64,000 nt of DNA, taken from positions 1 through 64,000 of the IMG/VR virus record IMGVR_UViG_3300043449_000492; one strand, 5' to 3'. Under the pieces are notes generated by a model. That model saw only the letters and a list, made by a program, of their open reading frames with translations, ran no database searches and was not told the origin of the DNA. This DNA comes from a virus. Of the stretch, positions 59,927 to 64,000 are shown piece after piece. Numbering within the stretch: the stretch's first letter is position 1; every line of letters starts with the position of its first letter. The translations under genes were made by a program, and so were the position numbers.

Positions 59927-60544
59927 ATGTATAAGTCGTTATGTAACAATACGTTTGAGAGAAATCGTGTCACATATCAAACATGTTGGTGGGATAATGC
60001 TTTCAATGATGATGAATTAAACAAACTAATAAATCTTTGTGACGATTCATTGTTAGAAAGAGCAGGAACTATAGGTGAACAAAATGCAGATCAGACAAGA
60101 CTTATTAGAAGATCAAAGGTAAAGTTTATTGAAAGAGACTGTGCAAGTTCATGGATTTTTGATAGATTCAATGATGTTGGCGCCAAACTAAATGAACAGT
60201 TTTATGGTTTCAATCTTTATGGTTATGATAGTTTTCAATATACGGTATATGAGGGAACTGATCAAGGCGAATATAATTGGCACATGGACATGGAATTAGG
60301 CGGATCAACTATGGAACTCACTCGTAAGATGACAATGGTTCTTTTACTTAGTGAGCAGGGTAAAGACTTCTTAGGAGGTGATTTTGAAGTTACGATGGGT
60401 AATCAAAATACACCAGATAGAGTTGACACTAGAAAAGGTCGCATAGTTGCTTTTCCTTCTTTTCTCTTGCATCGTGTTAAACCTATCACAATGGGAGTTA
60501 GAAAGTCTATTGTAATTTGGATCACAGGTCCTAAGTTTATATAA
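59927..60544 (+). CDS. 2OG-Fe(II) oxygenase (PKHD/prolyl hydroxylase-like)
   Basis: WHMD (HxD), RKMTMV, GGDFE, FPSFLLHRVKP..G.RKS. Confidence 0.9.
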   Translation: MYKSLCNNTFERNRVTYQTCWWDNAFNDDELNKLINLCDDSLLERAGTIGEQNADQTRLIRRSKVKFIERDCASSWIFDRFNDVGAKLNEQFYGFNLYGYDSFQYTVYEGTDQGEYNWHMDMELGGSTMELTRKMTMVLLLSEQGKDFLGGDFEVTMGNQNTPDRVDTRKGRIVAFPSFLLHRVKPITMGVRKSIVIWITGPKFI

Positions 60545-60576
60545 ATAAAAGAGAAGCTAAAACACAATACTAAATA
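60540..60576 (+). promoter_or_regulatory. late promoters
   Basis: TATAAATA 60540 and ACTAAATA 60569. Confidence 0.65.
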
Positions 60577-60608
60577 ACCATATAAGTAGCTAACAAAGAG
60601 GTAGTAAA

Positions 60609-60947
60609 ATGGCAGTTACATACAAATGGGAAGTGACAGGTCTCAAGACAAGACCAGGTGATAAAAATTCTAATGTTATTGTTCAGACATATTGGAAAAA
60701 GATCGGTACCGATGAGCTTGGCAATGAAGGCGTATTTGACGGTGCCACCCCATTTTCGGCAGACTCAATGCCTAAGGGAACTAAGTTTGTTCCTTTTGAG
60801 AAACTAAAAGAAGCTGACGTTATTGAATGGATCAAAGCGGGTGTTGTTGATCTATACGAACAGCATGTCAATGATATTATTCAAAAGCAAATTGACGAGA
60901 AAAGAAATCCACATGTGGATGCAGCCCTACCCTGGGTAAAGAAGTAA
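60609..60947 (+). CDS. fibre-associated small protein
   Basis: YKWEV...FVPFEKLKEADVIEWIK...LPW. Confidence 0.7.
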   Translation: MAVTYKWEVTGLKTRPGDKNSNVIVQTYWKKIGTDELGNEGVFDGATPFSADSMPKGTKFVPFEKLKEADVIEWIKAGVVDLYEQHVNDIIQKQIDEKRNPHVDAALPWVKK

Positions 60948-60963
60948 ACTTAAGGAGTATATC

Positions 60964-61149
60964 ATGGAACCTAAGATCACAGTAGAACTAAATCTGCAGC
61001 AGCTTAACACTATTCTTTCAGGATTAGCAAAGCTACCTCTTGAGCAGTCTATGGAAACATTTACAACTGTTCGTCAACAGGCAGAAGCTCAAGTTAATTC
61101 ACAAGAAGTTCCATCAGGACCGCTCGCAGATAAGGTTCTGAACAAGTAA
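60964..61149 (+). CDS. hypothetical protein
   Basis: TAAGGAG SD; NTILSGLAKLP. Confidence 0.7.
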   Translation: MEPKITVELNLQQLNTILSGLAKLPLEQSMETFTTVRQQAEAQVNSQEVPSGPLADKVLNK

Positions 61150-61163
61150 GGTAAACCAAAAGC

Positions 61164-61913
61164 ATGTCACTCACTAAGCCAGCTAATAGAGAAGAACTTA
61201 AAGACTTCTGTTTAAGACAGTTGGGTTATCCTGTTATTCAAATCAACGTGGACGATGAGCAAGTTAACGATGCCATCGAGCTTGCATTTGAATACTGGAA
61301 TGAGTTTCATTTTGATGGCACAGAAAGAACATATGTCAAGCATCAGATCACTGCACAAGATAAGACAAATGGTTATATTCAACTAAGTGATCAGATCATT
61401 GGAGCTGTTCGTATCTTTCCTATTGGTGGAAACAACATGGCTATGAATATGTTCGATCTGCGCTATCAGCTAAGACTTAATGATCTTTGGGATCTTTCGT
61501 CTACCTCTTATGTCAACTATTCGCTAACGATGCAACATTTGGCTACACTCGATCTTATCTTCACTGGTCAGACGCCAGTTCGCTTTAATAAGATCAACAA
61601 TCGTCTCTATATCGATCATGACTGGGTAAACGATGTTGATGTTGGAGAGTTTGTCATTGTTGAAGGAATGATTATCACAGATCCAGTTCAGTTCACTGCT
61701 GTCTGGAACAATCGTATGCTCAAGAAACTAGCTACAGCATATGTAAAGAAACAGTGGGGAGCCAACATGTCAAAGTTTGACAAGATGCAGCTTCCTGGAG
61801 GAGTTACCATGAGAGGCGTGGACATTTATAATGAAGCTGTAGCCGAGATAGCGGCGACTGAACAAGAAATAAGGAATGTTTATGAGAGCCCTCCCGGCTT
61901 TTTGGTAGGCTAG
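61164..61913 (+). CDS. gp13: neck protein
   Basis: CLRQLGYPVIQINVDDEQ, HFDG, QWGAN, LPGGVT. Confidence 0.93.
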   Translation: MSLTKPANREELKDFCLRQLGYPVIQINVDDEQVNDAIELAFEYWNEFHFDGTERTYVKHQITAQDKTNGYIQLSDQIIGAVRIFPIGGNNMAMNMFDLRYQLRLNDLWDLSSTSYVNYSLTMQHLATLDLIFTGQTPVRFNKINNRLYIDHDWVNDVDVGEFVIVEGMIITDPVQFTAVWNNRMLKKLATAYVKKQWGANMSKFDKMQLPGGVTMRGVDIYNEAVAEIAATEQEIRNVYESPPGFLVG

Positions 61914-61916
61914 ATA

Positions 61917-62591
61917 ATGATAAACTATGTACCTTACACATATCTGATAGGATGGTCTAAGCACAATAAGTGGTATTATGGCTGTCAGTATGGTGTAAAC
62001 GCAAATCCTAGCAATTTATGGAACATTTATTTCACTTCTTCTAAAAAAGTTAAAACTTTCAGAAAAGAGTTTGGTGATCCGGATATTATTCAAATAAGAA
62101 GAACTTTTAAGACTAAAGAGTCTGCTAGACTTTGGGAACATAGAGTCATAGAACGCACAAATGCGGTATCCAAAGACAAATGGTTAAATGCAGGAAACGG
62201 CGGAAAAGAGTTTCTAAACAAAGGCGGTTATAAGTTATCTGAATCAACTAAGATGAATCAACGAAAGCCTAAGCCTGAGGGATTTGGAGAAAAAATAAGT
62301 AAAGCAAAAAAAGGTGTGCCTGGAGTAAGTGGTGCTAGTCATCCTATGTTTGGAAGAAAACAGAGTTATGAGTCCAGACAGTTAATGAGTGACGCCAAGA
62401 AAGATAAGTATGTAGGAAAAGATAATCCGTTCTTTGGAAAACAACATAGTATCGCAATGAGACAGCATCTTAGTGATAGAGCAAAATCAAAGTTGAGATT
62501 GACATGTCCTCAATGTAACAAGACTATGGACTCAAGTAACTTCAAGAAATATAATCACGGTCTAGAATGTAAAAGGTTTATATGCCTGTAA
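61917..62591 (+). mobile_element. free-standing Seg-like GIY-YIG/NUMOD3 homing endonuclease between gp13 and gp14
   Basis: PYTYLIGW..WYYG, YFTSS, NPFFGKQHS, CPQC. Confidence 0.8.
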
Positions 62592-63472
62592 ATAGATACT
62601 TTCAAAATTATCCTGGGCAGGCACGTTTTAATAACGAACACATGCTCATAGAAGATGTTATTGTTGAGTCCATAGAGATTATGGGTCATGCCATGTATTA
62701 TATTCCTAGAGAGTCTTTTGATGAAGGGGATATGATTTTTGGTGAGTATAGTAAATCTAAATTCAATAAAGCATATCTCATTGATGGTTATTTGGCTAAC
62801 GTAACGGGATTCGAGGGAGACGGGGATTTTTTTGGTCGTTTCGGTCTAGAGATTAGAGATACCTCAAACTTTGTTATCTCTCGTCGTTCATTTGCTAAAC
62901 ACGTTCCTTCATCTATGAGACATAGACCCCAAGAAGGCGATCTAGTTTACGTTCCAGTTCTTCATAAAATGTTTGAGCTTAAGTTTGTCGAACAGGAACT
63001 ACTCTTTCACCAAGTCGGCAAGCGTCTACCATATGTGTATGAGCTACGTTGTGAAGCATTCCGTTTTGCACAAGATGAGATTGATACTGGTGTTGAGGAT
63101 ATCGATCTTGTAGCAGAAGAGAATGCTTACAAGAGAAAACTAAATCTCAATACATCTGGCACAGGTAACATTCTTGAAGGCGATGTTATCTATCAAAGTG
63201 AAGATGGAACCTGGGCAAATGCAACTGCTCATGCAACCGTATCCGATTGGTTCAAGGCTAACGGCACAACATTCATCTATGATATTTCAGGAATATTTAC
63301 TGCTGGTAGTAATGTTTATGCTAATAGCACAAATGCAATTTATAGAATTACATCTATAGATGATGAAAAGTCTGATTTTGTTAAGTATGACATTTATGAT
63401 AATGAAAACTTTGACACAGGAGCCGATCTAATTCTTGATCTGACCGAAGTTAATCCGTTTGGAACACCATAA
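62582..63472 (+). CDS. gp14: neck protein
   Basis: ESIEIMG..YYIPR, FGLEIRD, RPQEGDLVY, NPFG. Confidence 0.93.
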   Translation: MPVNRYFQNYPGQARFNNEHMLIEDVIVESIEIMGHAMYYIPRESFDEGDMIFGEYSKSKFNKAYLIDGYLANVTGFEGDGDFFGRFGLEIRDTSNFVISRRSFAKHVPSSMRHRPQEGDLVYVPVLHKMFELKFVEQELLFHQVGKRLPYVYELRCEAFRFAQDEIDTGVEDIDLVAEENAYKRKLNLNTSGTGNILEGDVIYQSEDGTWANATAHATVSDWFKANGTTFIYDISGIFTAGSNVYANSTNAIYRITSIDDEKSDFVKYDIYDNENFDTGADLILDLTEVNPFGTP

Positions 63473-64000
63473 TGTTAGGACATGCTAATTTCTATCATCA
63501 TCTAACAAGAAAAGCAGTCATTCTCTTCGGTAGAATGTTTGATGACATTACGATTGTCCGTAAGAACGATCAGACAGGTAAAGAAGTATCTCGCTCACTA
63601 GTTCCTATTGTATATGCCCCTAAAGAGAAGATGGTCACTCGCATTCTTGAGGATCCTGATCTACTAAGACAGCTACAGACTATTCTTCCTCGTATGTCGT
63701 TTGAGATTACAGGCATTACATACGATGCAGCAAGAAAGCATAACTCACTACTTAAGACAAATAAGACTAGCACATCAACATCAGCCTCGACAGCTTATGT
63801 AGGTGTTCCTTATGATATCACATTCTCGCTTCATGTGTATGCTAGAAACATTGACGACGGAACACAAATTGTTGAACAGATTCTACCATTTTTTAATCCG
63901 GATTTCACCGTTACCGCTAGAATGGTACCTGATCTGGGGTTTCTTAAAGACATACCAATCGTTCTTAACAACGTAAGCAATCAGATTGAGTATGAAGGAA
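63472..64000 (+). CDS. gp15: tail sheath stabilizer/terminator (3' truncated)
   Basis: FYHHLTRK..FGRMF, VPIVYAPKEK, LPRMSFEI, QIVEQILPFFNP. Confidence 0.93.
   Translation, partial: MLGHANFYHHLTRKAVILFGRMFDDITIVRKNDQTGKEVSRSLVPIVYAPKEKMVTRILEDPDLLRQLQTILPRMSFEITGITYDAARKHNSLLKTNKTSTSTSASTAYVGVPYDITFSLHVYARNIDDGTQIVEQILPFFNPDFTVTARMVPDLGFLKDIPIVLNNVSNQIEYEG

Overview
64 kb of a large T4-like myophage (T4 core genes rnh, ligase, gp33, gp59, gp32, gp2/4, baseplate gp25/26/48/51/53/54/5/6/7/8, neck gp13/14, gp15). The host is most likely an alphaproteobacterium, judged from an alpha-type circularly permuted two-piece tmRNA and an alpha-like NagZ. Layout: 1-3.3 kb conserved middle genes; 3.3-8.5 kb early cassette of small genes behind repeated palindrome+sigma70 promoter modules; 8.7-20 kb replication/accessory genes (ligase, PhoH, exonuclease, tmRNA, NagZ, gp33, gp59, gp32); 20-25 kb minus-strand hub/tail-initiator genes; 25-44 kb baseplate; 44.5-61 kb a modular fibre/adhesin cluster; then neck genes. 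Most notable: (1) a gp38-like polyglycine-II adhesin in which four glycine helices are each extended to the same length (168-171 aa), implying a roughly 50 nm single-chain stalk, encoded near a 2OG-Fe(II) hydroxylase; (2) two putative ribosome-rescue factors, the permuted tmRNA and an unannotated 43-aa ArfA-like ORF whose stop codon coincides with a single variant base in a terminator palindrome; (3) a likely -1 frameshift fusing gp26 and gp51; (4) a chain of fibre proteins with apparently matched docking ends. All assignments come from motif recognition and synteny by eye; no searches were run.
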